Shown here one piece after another: positions 1 through 7,628 of a DNA stretch of 64,000 nt (positions within the stretch are counted from its first letter, which is position 1; every line of letters begins with the position of its first letter). The notes under the pieces are model-generated. The model made no database searches and was not told where the DNA came from. It saw only the letters and a list, made by a program, of their open reading frames with translations. The stretch is from Calditrichaceae bacterium (GTDB lineage Bacteria > Calditrichota > Calditrichia > Calditrichales > JBFXGD01), in NCBI GenBank assembly GCA_050173015.1, contig JBFXLE010000004.1:128001-192000 (forward strand), given 5' to 3'. Position numbers and translations under genes: made by a program.

Positions 1-1
1 C

Positions 2-1069
2 TTCAATCCGATTATAACACCGCAGGGATCATTTACTCCGCTGCAGATTGCCGGGGAATTTGCCGATAAATGGGCCGGTTATCCTGAAAGCATCATCCGG
101 CTGCTCAATCATATCATTACAAATAAAATTGAAAATGTCATTTTTCTCAGCGGGGATACTCATACATCGGGCATTGATGACGGGGCCAATTCAATCATCC
201 CCGAACTCATGGCCGGACCGCTTGACAGAACTAACAGCCGGATTGTCGCGCTGCTGGAGCAGTTTGGGGTGTTTATCTTCAATAAAGGCGGACAGACGAG
301 CACGCAGACAGATTTTGGAAACGCGTACGGTCGTGTCAGCGTATCAGGTACCGAATTGGTCACCCTGGAAGTTGTGAGCGAAAGTGGAAATGTCATTGCA
401 AGTCATGTTGTCAAATCAGGATTTCTCCCATCCCGTGTGGGGGGGCTTGTGGTTCCGGCCGGTCTGGCTTTTGGAGAATTGAATACAGGGACTATTGGAA
501 CGCAGGCTATAGTGATTGTCAATACCAGTGTTGACCCGCTTGTTGTGTCAAATATTACAAGCAGCGATCCGCTCCATTTCAGGGTTTTTCCAAAATCCTT
601 TACTGTTCTGCCCGGTACAGTCCGGCGCGCTGTAGTGACCTACTTTCCATTTGGTGCAGGAAAAACCCATCAGGCTCTTCTTACTGTACATACAAATGAC
701 CCCGACGGACCGGGTTATGTTCAGGTGTCCGGATCCGCGGCGGCTGCTTTCGCAATGGTAGAGGAACAGAGCGCTGTATCCGGAATGCCATATCAGTTTA
801 AACTGCATCAGAATCATCCAAATCCGTTTAATCCCCGGACAGATATTCAGTATAGCATACCGGAAATGAGCCAGGTTTCGATTACGGTGTTTAATGTTCT
901 GGGTGAAAGGATAAAAACTCTGATTAACGAGGAAAAACAATCTGGAAATTATTTTGTTTCCTGGGATGGGACTAATGAACAGCAAATTCCGGTTCAAAGT
1001 GGTATATATTTTTATACGATAACAGCCGGAAAATTTAAAGAAACCCGAAAGATGATGCTCTTAAAATAG
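2..1069 (+). CDS. 5'-truncated PhoD-like (alkaline phosphatase D family) secreted protein with Ig-like domain and C-terminal FlgD/T9SS-type sorting domain
   Basis: The frame of the 209..1069 ORF is open back to base 2 and reads ...ADKWAGYPES...VIFLSGDTHTSG..., matching the PhoD motifs D-x-W-x-G-Y and S-G-D-x-H. Then an Ig-like segment (LAFGELN...TNDPD) and a CTD (LHQNHPNPFNPRT...RKMMLLK). Confidence 0.75.
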   Translation, partial: FNPIITPQGSFTPLQIAGEFADKWAGYPESIIRLLNHIITNKIENVIFLSGDTHTSGIDDGANSIIPELMAGPLDRTNSRIVALLEQFGVFIFNKGGQTSTQTDFGNAYGRVSVSGTELVTLEVVSESGNVIASHVVKSGFLPSRVGGLVVPAGLAFGELNTGTIGTQAIVIVNTSVDPLVVSNITSSDPLHFRVFPKSFTVLPGTVRRAVVTYFPFGAGKTHQALLTVHTNDPDGPGYVQVSGSAAAAFAMVEEQSAVSGMPYQFKLHQNHPNPFNPRTDIQYSIPEMSQVSITVFNVLGERIKTLINEEKQSGNYFVSWDGTNEQQIPVQSGIYFYTITAGKFKETRKMMLLK

Positions 1070-1132
1070 TGTAAACCCGGAAAAATTTTAAACATGGTAC
1101 ATCAGAAAATGAAAAAGCCCGGATTAAATTTT

Positions 1133-1633
1133 ATGATGAAAAAGTTTCTAGTGATGAGCATAATAATTATGACGGGGGTAATGGCTTGTTCGCAGAAGTC
1201 GAAGCATTCGGAAAGGTCAAATGTGAAGTACAAAATCCAGAAATCGGACGAAGAATGGCGCAAAATTCTGACAAATGAACAATATATCATCACCAGAAAA
1301 AAAGGAACGGAATCGCCTTTTTCGGGAAAATATAACAACTTCAAAGAGCAGGGGATATTTGAGTGCGTATGTTGCGGAAATGAGTTGTTTAGTTCGGAAA
1401 CAAAATATAATTCGGGAAGCGGATGGCCGAGTTTCTGGGCTCCTTTCTCCAATGAAAAAATAAATAAGGATGAAGACCGAACTCTTTTCATGACGAGAAC
1501 GGAAGTGACATGCAGTCAGTGCGGGGCGCATCTCGGACATGTTTTTGAAGATGGTCCCGAACCGACCGGTCTCCGTTATTGCATAAATTCTGCCGCGCTA
1601 AAGTTTGTGGGGAATGAAGACGATAAAGAGTAA
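1133..1633 (+). CDS. msrB: Peptide-methionine (R)-S-oxide reductase MsrB, with lipoprotein-type signal peptide
   Basis: Motifs GTESPFSG, CVCCG and CSQCG (Zn), SGSGWPSF, HLGHVFEDGP, GLRYCINS. N-terminus MMKKFLV...VMAC looks like a lipobox. Alternative start at 1094. Confidence 0.93.
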   Translation: MMKKFLVMSIIIMTGVMACSQKSKHSERSNVKYKIQKSDEEWRKILTNEQYIITRKKGTESPFSGKYNNFKEQGIFECVCCGNELFSSETKYNSGSGWPSFWAPFSNEKINKDEDRTLFMTRTEVTCSQCGAHLGHVFEDGPEPTGLRYCINSAALKFVGNEDDKE

Positions 1634-1663
1634 ATGACATACAAACCGTCATTGAAAATTTAA

Positions 1664-1693
1664 TTGAACTTATCGGGATACGGTTTGTAAAAT
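1664..1693 (+). promoter_or_regulatory. Putative sigma70 promoter (TTGAAC-N18-TAAAAT) for the downstream structured RNA
   Basis: TTGAAC 1664-1669 and TAAAAT 1688-1693. Overlaps a 10-bp inverted repeat TACAAACCGT (1640-1649)/ACGGTTTGTA (1680-1689). Confidence 0.4.
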
Positions 1694-1699
1694 AAAATA

Positions 1700-1880
1700 A
1701 TTTACGCTGCGCGGGAAATTTAACAGGGAAATTTTCTGCGCGATGATTGATGCCCTGAAGCAAGGAGGTGATCCTATTAGTAGTCGAAGTATGAAAGGAG
1801 CCTCCGTCGAGATCTGCTAGCACCAGATCCGCGGGCTCCATAAGTAAAAGCCCCCGTTTGTTTACGGGGGCTTTTTTTTT
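1700..1880 (+). ncRNA. Candidate structured small RNA (two hairpins plus terminator; contains AAGGAGGTGATCC)
   Basis: Hairpin 1709-1721/1729-1741 (13 bp, 2 GU). Nested hairpin GGAGCC 1797-1802/GGCTCC 1834-1839 with GATCTG 1811-1816/CAGATC 1824-1829. Ends in an intrinsic terminator. No convincing protein ORF. Confidence 0.5.
1846..1880. terminator. Intrinsic terminator, probably bidirectional
   Basis: AAAAGCCCCCGT-ttgttt-ACGGGGGCTTTT followed by a T run; lies between convergent transcripts. Confidence 0.85.
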
Positions 1881-1931
1881 ATTGAAGATGCCAGATGTAT
1901 TCAATTTATATCTATCGAGAAGGATGTATAC

Positions 1932-3746
1932 CTAGGAAAAAACCGTACTAAGCAGATTTTCTTTCTGCAAATACTTTTCGAACGCGCTGAGAGTCAATGG
2001 AGGACTGAATAAAAAGCCCTGAAACTTTGCGCAATTTTGGGACTCAAGAAGATAAAGATCTTCCAACTGTTCAATACCTTCTGCAATGACGTCCTTGTTC
2101 AAATCCATCCCCAGTTTGATAATTGAATTTACAAGTTCCATATGTTTGGGATTTGTGCTGATGTGTTTGATAAATGATTTGTCTATTTTAATGGTCTGGG
2201 CGGTGAATTTCTGAAGATAAACAAGTGAAGCATAACCGGTTCCAAAGTCATCGATCGCGAGCCTGAAGCCGAGTGTTGATAATTCATTTAGATTTCTAAG
2301 AACCTCAATATGATTATCCATATAACTCGTTTCGGTTAATTCAATTTGTACCATACCCGGATCCACATCCAGAATCCGCATCATTTTCTCGATTTTTCGT
2401 ATCATATTTGTCGCCTGAAGCTGCTTTGCCGAAAAATTGACGGAGACGTACAGGCGATCACTATGGCGCGAGATTATCTCTTTAAAATCCCGGCAAGCCT
2501 TATATAAAATCCATTCCCCGATAGTCGATATGAGATTGGATTGTTCGGCGATTGGAATAAATAGATCCGGATGAACAACACCAAGTTCAGGATGCTTCCA
2601 GCGTACCAATGCTTCCGAACCAATCGTTTTATATGAATTTTTTGAAATTTTTTCTACAATCGGCTGAAATAAGATTTCAAACTGACTTGAAAAATCGGCT
2701 TCATTTGAAACCCTTCTAAGCGCTTTTTCAATGTTTAATTTCCTGAGCAGTTGTTCCGTCATATTTCTTGAAAAGAACTGAAAATTGTTTTTGCCTTTCT
2801 TTTTTGCGTTATACATGGCTGTGTCAGCATTCTGGATGAGCAGTTCATTTACCATACCATCCATTGGAAATAATACAATCCCGATACTTATACTCAGGAA
2901 TGTAATTTTATGACCGGATATATAATAAGGATCGGCGACGTATTGTATGATTTTCTCAGCAATTTTTCCCGCATCATAATCCTGATGGATATTTTTGAGG
3001 ATAATGGAGAACTCATCACCGCCAACTCTGAATACAGAATCTGATTTACGAACACAAATGTTGATTCTTGATGCGACCTCTTTCAATACTTTATCGCCGA
3101 TATCATGACCAAACGAGTCGTTTATCACCTTGAAATTGTCCAGGTCACAATATAGAACAGCCGTTATATTTTCGTCGGTGTCTCTTTCCGCGTCCAGAAT
3201 GATCTGATTAACAACTTCGTAGAACGCGTACCGGTTTTTGAGTCCGGTGAGCATATCGTGATAGGCCTGATATTTTAGTTCTTTTTGCCCAAGGATTGTA
3301 GAGCTGAGATTGGTTCCAAACAGACAAATAGATGAAATTTTTTTCTGATCTTTATCAGCGAAAATGGGTTGATAATATCTTTTGTAATATAAGGTCTTTT
3401 TTTTATCAGGGATGTAAAGTTTTTCAGTGAATTTTACTGTTGTTTTTTCGGTTAGCGCGCGTTCAAAATGTGTTTTTCGTTTATTCCCCGATTCTGGTGA
3501 AATACCCATCATGGCAAAGTACACGCTGTCGTCTTTACCAATAAGCGCATCCCGGCCGAATTCATTAGGGCAATAATTTTCATTAATGAATTTATAACGG
3601 CCTTCAAGATCATAGACAGCGATCTCCATGGGAACATTTTTAAATATTTCGTACGCTTCGAGTAATTCTACACGACCGTTTTTAGAATGATTACTGCCGG
3701 AACTTTTCTGAGGGACCGCAATTTTTTTGAATAGAGACTGCATCAT
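1932..3746 (-). CDS. PAS-GGDEF-EAL diguanylate cyclase/phosphodiesterase
   Basis: HDMLTGLKNR, DLDNFK, RKSD...RVGGDEF (intact active site plus RxxD I-site), EALVRW, IELTE, IDDFGTGYASL, IAEGIE; N-terminal PAS-like segment. Confidence 0.92.
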   Translation of the reverse strand: MMQSLFKKIAVPQKSSGSNHSKNGRVELLEAYEIFKNVPMEIAVYDLEGRYKFINENYCPNEFGRDALIGKDDSVYFAMMGISPESGNKRKTHFERALTEKTTVKFTEKLYIPDKKKTLYYKRYYQPIFADKDQKKISSICLFGTNLSSTILGQKELKYQAYHDMLTGLKNRYAFYEVVNQIILDAERDTDENITAVLYCDLDNFKVINDSFGHDIGDKVLKEVASRINICVRKSDSVFRVGGDEFSIILKNIHQDYDAGKIAEKIIQYVADPYYISGHKITFLSISIGIVLFPMDGMVNELLIQNADTAMYNAKKKGKNNFQFFSRNMTEQLLRKLNIEKALRRVSNEADFSSQFEILFQPIVEKISKNSYKTIGSEALVRWKHPELGVVHPDLFIPIAEQSNLISTIGEWILYKACRDFKEIISRHSDRLYVSVNFSAKQLQATNMIRKIEKMMRILDVDPGMVQIELTETSYMDNHIEVLRNLNELSTLGFRLAIDDFGTGYASLVYLQKFTAQTIKIDKSFIKHISTNPKHMELVNSIIKLGMDLNKDVIAEGIEQLEDLYLLESQNCAKFQGFLFSPPLTLSAFEKYLQKENLLSTVFS

Positions 3747-4033
3747 ATGACCTACAATTCAAGAACCGTACAAATAAATATGATTTTTTTTTTCAGCGTG
3801 AATGTTTATATTAGAGATAACTCTACTATCGAATTGTTTCTTATGTTCTTTAAGGAATTTTTACCAATGAGCGTATTTTGACTATAAAAATGATAATAAA
3901 TATACCAAAAAAGTGCAAATTGTAAATAAAAAATGTACAAATTGAAAATGTAATGCATTTAGCGCTCCCGTTCCCGATGTTCCTTCTATCCCAATACACA
4001 TGCTTGTAGAGATAAGAAATAAGGGAATTTTGT

Positions 4034-4834
4034 ATGATATACCGTAGCCGCAAAATCATCCTGCCCTATCTGGTTTTCATTGTCTTGCTGTTGGGTAATT
4101 CGATCGTTTATGGACAGAAATTCCAATGGAAGGTTGGGGAAGAACTGGTTTACAAAGTGAAGTGGTCATTCATAAGACTCGGAACGGTCAAACTGCAAGT
4201 AGTGGATACAACAAAAATAGATAATGTGCCTGTTTATCATTTAAGATTTTTTATTGATTCCAATCCATTATTGTTTTTCGTCAATAATCACAGCGTGTAT
4301 AACAGCTTTTTTGATGAGAATTTTAGAATTCAGAAAACCTATTCACATGAAAAAATTGATAATGTGAATTACCGTTCCGAATACCTGTTCGATTACGCGG
4401 ACAGCATCATTCGTGTAATAATGACCGATATAAAGGATACGTCAAATACGATTCATAGAGAAATGGAGATGGAAAAACAGCTTTATGACGGTATTGGGAT
4501 GATCTTTTACGCCAGGGCAAACGCGGGCAAGACGAAGAATGATACATTAACATCTTTTTTTGAAACACAAAAAGGTCATGTCGTTATAAATTTTAAAGGA
4601 AAAAAAGAAGATATTAAAGTTGGTGTGTTTGATAAACCATATCAAACATACCCGCTGGATGGCAATATCAATATTAAGGGAATTGCCGGTGTAACCGGGC
4701 CTTTCGAAGGTTGGTTTGCCACTGACGGACAAAGACCACCTGTCAAAGCGAAGCTAAAAGTATTTATCGGAAACGTAATCGTTGAACTGGAAGAATGGAA
4801 GAACTGGGACCCCGGTGTAACGCGGAAGGAATGA
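4034..4834 (+). CDS. DUF3108-like exported protein
   Basis: Signal peptide; GEELVYKVKWSFIRLG at the N-terminus and W..TDGQRPPVKAKLKVFIG at the C-terminus are typical of this family. Confidence 0.65.
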   Translation: MIYRSRKIILPYLVFIVLLLGNSIVYGQKFQWKVGEELVYKVKWSFIRLGTVKLQVVDTTKIDNVPVYHLRFFIDSNPLLFFVNNHSVYNSFFDENFRIQKTYSHEKIDNVNYRSEYLFDYADSIIRVIMTDIKDTSNTIHREMEMEKQLYDGIGMIFYARANAGKTKNDTLTSFFETQKGHVVINFKGKKEDIKVGVFDKPYQTYPLDGNINIKGIAGVTGPFEGWFATDGQRPPVKAKLKVFIGNVIVELEEWKNWDPGVTRKE

Positions 4835-5003
4835 ATTACACGCTAAACTGAATTTAACAGATGAATTCAATTTTATTTTGAACGTGATGAAGAATTTTGC
4901 CTTGTGATATTTAGTTGTCATTATTAGCTTTCTTTGCGATTTTATTGTAATATTTAAACGTATCAGATTCTGAATTGTTAGTAAACACTGAGGAGAAATA
5001 AAA

Positions 5004-5486
5004 ATGCCGTCATTTGATGTCGTTTCAGAAGTAAATATGCACGAGGTTCATAACGCGGTCGATCAGGCGAACAGGGAAGTCACTACCCGTTTCGATTTCA
5101 AGGGCAGCGGAGCGAATTTCAGCCTCAATGAGGATGTAATAACGATGTATGGCGAGAGTGATTTCCATCTCAAACAAATGCTTGATATCCTGTACGCGAA
5201 ATTAAGCAAACGAGGGGTGGATCTGGCGTGTATGGAAATAAACACCCCGGAAGTATCAGGAAAAGGCGCGCGCCAGGAGGTCAAAATCAGACAGGGAATT
5301 GACGCGCCACTTGCAAAAAAAATTGTAAAAATAATAAAAGACACAAAGCAAAAAGTTCAGGCCTCTATTCAGGGCGATAAAGTTAGGGTAACCGGCAAAA
5401 AAAGGGATGATCTTCAGAATGTCATCGCGCTGTTAAAAAATACCGAGCTGGAAATGCCGCTGCAATATGAAAATTTTCGTGAATAA
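5004..5486 (+). CDS. yajQ: YajQ family nucleotide/c-di-GMP-binding protein
   Basis: MPSFDVVSEV...RFDFKGS...QASIQGDKVRVTGKKRDDLQ...LPLQYENFR-like C-terminus; RBS GAGGAG. Confidence 0.96.
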   Translation: MPSFDVVSEVNMHEVHNAVDQANREVTTRFDFKGSGANFSLNEDVITMYGESDFHLKQMLDILYAKLSKRGVDLACMEINTPEVSGKGARQEVKIRQGIDAPLAKKIVKIIKDTKQKVQASIQGDKVRVTGKKRDDLQNVIALLKNTELEMPLQYENFRE

Positions 5487-5520
5487 CCGGGTTGTATGTC
5501 CATTGTAAAAAATCGGAGAT

Positions 5521-5955
5521 ATGATGAAGAATATGTTAATAAATACCATGCTTCTGCTCGCATCTGTCATCTTTCTTTCCTGGGTTAATACCGGTGGAAA
5601 TACAAATAAGAATGGCGCCAAAATTATTTTTGATGAGGAAATTTATGATTTTGGTGAGGTGGTTTCAGGATCTGTTGTGGAACACGTCTTTATATTCCGC
5701 AATGCGGGCGAGGATACATTAATAATAAAACGAATAGACGGTGGCTGAGGTTGCACGACCGCACTTCTGAGTTCAGAAGCCATCGCGCCCGGAGAATCCG
5801 GCCAGCTAAAAGCGATGCTGGAAACAAAAAACAGGATCGGAAAAACCAAAAAAACGATAGAAATATTTTCGAATGACCCATCGTCTAATTTAAAGGAAAT
5901 ATTCTTAATTGGTAATGTTGTACCCGACAGCAGCCTTTTTTTAAAAACAGAGTAA
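5521..5955 (+). CDS. DUF1573-type exported Ig-like protein, probable selenoprotein (in-frame UGA 5746-5748 = Sec; 144 aa)
   Basis: YDFGEV...HVFIFRNAGEDTLIIKRIDGG-UGA-GCTTALLSSEAIAPGESGQLKAML...KTIEIFSNDP...IGNVV...KTE-TAA(5953-5955). Family pattern continues on both sides of the UGA, which sits at the first C of the CGC motif. Confidence 0.8.
5761..5780 (+). promoter_or_regulatory. Putative bacterial SECIS hairpin
   Basis: Stem CTTCTG (5764-5769)/CAGAAG (5774-5779) with apical loop AGTT (G in second position), separated from the UGA by 21 nt. Confidence 0.65.
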
Positions 5956-5996
5956 ATATTGAACAGAATAAATTCTGAAGAAGAGATTGTTTTTTA

Positions 5997-6443
5997 ATGC
6001 AGTATTCGGATTCTGAAAACCTGATAATCAATGATGAATTGGCAATCGCGAATGCTGAAATAATCTATACCGCATCACGAAGCGGGGGACCCGGCGGACA
6101 ACATGTAAATAAGGTGAGCAGCAGGGTCACTTTGAGTTTTGACGTATTAAATTCTCATTCACTGAGTGAATATCAACGAAGCAAAATCGCGGGGAAGCTT
6201 TCAACCCGTATTAATAAGCTGGGCATATTGAAAGTTTCATCAGGGAAACACCGAAGTCAGTACGAAAACAGGCGCGCCGCAACTGAAAGGTTTAGAGAAT
6301 TATTGCGAAAGGCTCTGACAGACGATCCGCCGAGGCAAAAAACAAGGGTTCCCACGGCGGAAAAAAAACGCCGGCTTGAAGAAAAAAGGTTAAAAGCTAT
6401 TAAAAAAAGATCAAGATTCAGGAATATCGATCCGGATGATTGA
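5997..6443 (+). CDS. arfB: Alternative ribosome rescue peptidyl-tRNA hydrolase ArfB
   Basis: SRSGGPGGQHVNK (GGQ motif), RSQYENR, basic C-terminal tail (RRLEEKRLKAIKKRSR). Confidence 0.93.
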   Translation: MQYSDSENLIINDELAIANAEIIYTASRSGGPGGQHVNKVSSRVTLSFDVLNSHSLSEYQRSKIAGKLSTRINKLGILKVSSGKHRSQYENRRAATERFRELLRKALTDDPPRQKTRVPTAEKKRRLEEKRLKAIKKRSRFRNIDPDD

Positions 6444-6473
6444 TACTTCCTCTTATTTTAAAACTAAAATTTT

Positions 6474-6947
6474 TCACTTCCAGAATTCAGGATTCCAGCC
6501 CTTGTCCCCGTGGGTGTGAGCCGCATGCAGTTCCTTGCCGACAGAATCCAAAATAGTTTCATCAATATTTTCTTCGATAAATGTAAAATACTCCTTCTCT
6601 TCAAAACGAATATGCTCAATTAATCTAACCGAAAATTCTCTTAGATATTCAGGCAAACGTTTATTTCCTTTTTTTATTGCATGTATAGTTTTATCAAAAA
6701 ACGAGTGATCTTCCAAAACTTTTTCAATCAGCGCGGATGAAGATTCATTTTTCACAAGCACCGGATTGAGAATATCTTCCTCCTGTCTGAAATGGGCTTT
6801 AAGATGTTTCTCCCACATATCCACAATGTACTCAGAAATTATCTTCCAGTCGGTTTTATTCGACAATCCTCTTTGAATACGTGAAGCGATAACAAGCCCG
6901 TCGTGATGTTCCCAGGAGAGTGTTTCCAAATTGTGATTTCTTTTCAT
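6474..6947 (-). CDS. Hemerythrin/HHE cation-binding domain protein
   Basis: LSWEHHDGL, HFRQEE, EDH, HIRFEEK motifs. Start set at ATG 6947 behind a GAGG RBS. Confidence 0.8.
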   Translation of the reverse strand: MKRNHNLETLSWEHHDGLVIASRIQRGLSNKTDWKIISEYIVDMWEKHLKAHFRQEEDILNPVLVKNESSSALIEKVLEDHSFFDKTIHAIKKGNKRLPEYLREFSVRLIEHIRFEEKEYFTFIEENIDETILDSVGKELHAAHTHGDKGWNPEFWK

Positions 6948-7103
6948 GTTCTTTTCCTCGATGAATAAATTAGTTTTAAAACATCCCGGTTCACCATAAG
7001 GTCTCCTATAGCCAGCCGGGATGTTGGAGGAGTTTATCTGTTTCAATCAAAAAGTTACGGGATCAGTATTTACGGTCCAGAGTGGCGGATAACTAATGCA
7101 AGT

Positions 7104-7616
7104 TTACCTCGTGATAAACGTCAGGTATGAAGTATCTGAATCATCCGCTTTTTTAATATGCACTTTGTAGTTCTGCTTCTCCATCGCGTCAATCAGCGGT
7201 AACGGTTCAAAATTTGTAGTCAGCAATATAACCTGCCCATTTTTAAAATCTTTCATCAGTTTGTTAATCAGACCAACCGGATGTTCCCCTCTGTCCAGCA
7301 TCTCAGAACCGTCGATCTCCACCTCAGGATTTTTCTTTATCCAATCCGGTTCATCGGTGTGAAAACTGATTTTTGTCTTTGTCGCCTCTTCAAGAGGAGG
7401 AAGTCCGACCCGCTGGCGGAGTGTATTTACAAAATCATCGGTATTCAGACCGCCGATCTGGGCCACTCTTTCCAGAGTTGCCAGTTTTCCGACTGTCCGC
7501 CTCAAAACGGGATTTTTTAAATTTTTAAACGGCGGAGCTATATTGATAATCTGACTCTCCAGGTCGGGATACTCCTCAAGGAGGTCAAATAATTTAGTAA
7601 GCGCGTTAAATTCCAT
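7104..7616 (-). CDS. DUF1858 + DUF2249 (SirA-like) domain protein
   Basis: LLEEYPDL...FKNLKNPVLRRTVGKLATL (DUF1858-like); GEHPV...NFEPLPLID (DUF2249-like). Confidence 0.75.
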   Translation of the reverse strand: MEFNALTKLFDLLEEYPDLESQIINIAPPFKNLKNPVLRRTVGKLATLERVAQIGGLNTDDFVNTLRQRVGLPPLEEATKTKISFHTDEPDWIKKNPEVEIDGSEMLDRGEHPVGLINKLMKDFKNGQVILLTTNFEPLPLIDAMEKQNYKVHIKKADDSDTSYLTFITR

Positions 7617-7628
7617 AGTTGTTCTCCT

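Noticed and set aside
1762-1774. 16S rRNA gene fragment on the minus strand
   Set aside because: Only the 13-nt anti-SD complement matches; the flanks do not continue as 16S helix 45 sequence.
1700-1880. 6S RNA or tmRNA identity for the candidate ncRNA
   Set aside because: Length fits 6S, but it folds as local hairpins rather than one long end-to-end rod with a central bubble; there are no tRNA-like ends or tag ORF.
1488-1904. 138-aa minus-strand ORF
   Set aside because: Overlaps msrB antisense and runs through a terminator; no protein-like features.
5521-5748. 75-aa stand-alone ORF or nonsense pseudogene
   Set aside because: Disfavoured because the stop is UGA exactly at a conserved Cys, the downstream half is intact, and a SECIS-like hairpin is correctly placed. 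Not fully excluded without seeing sel genes.
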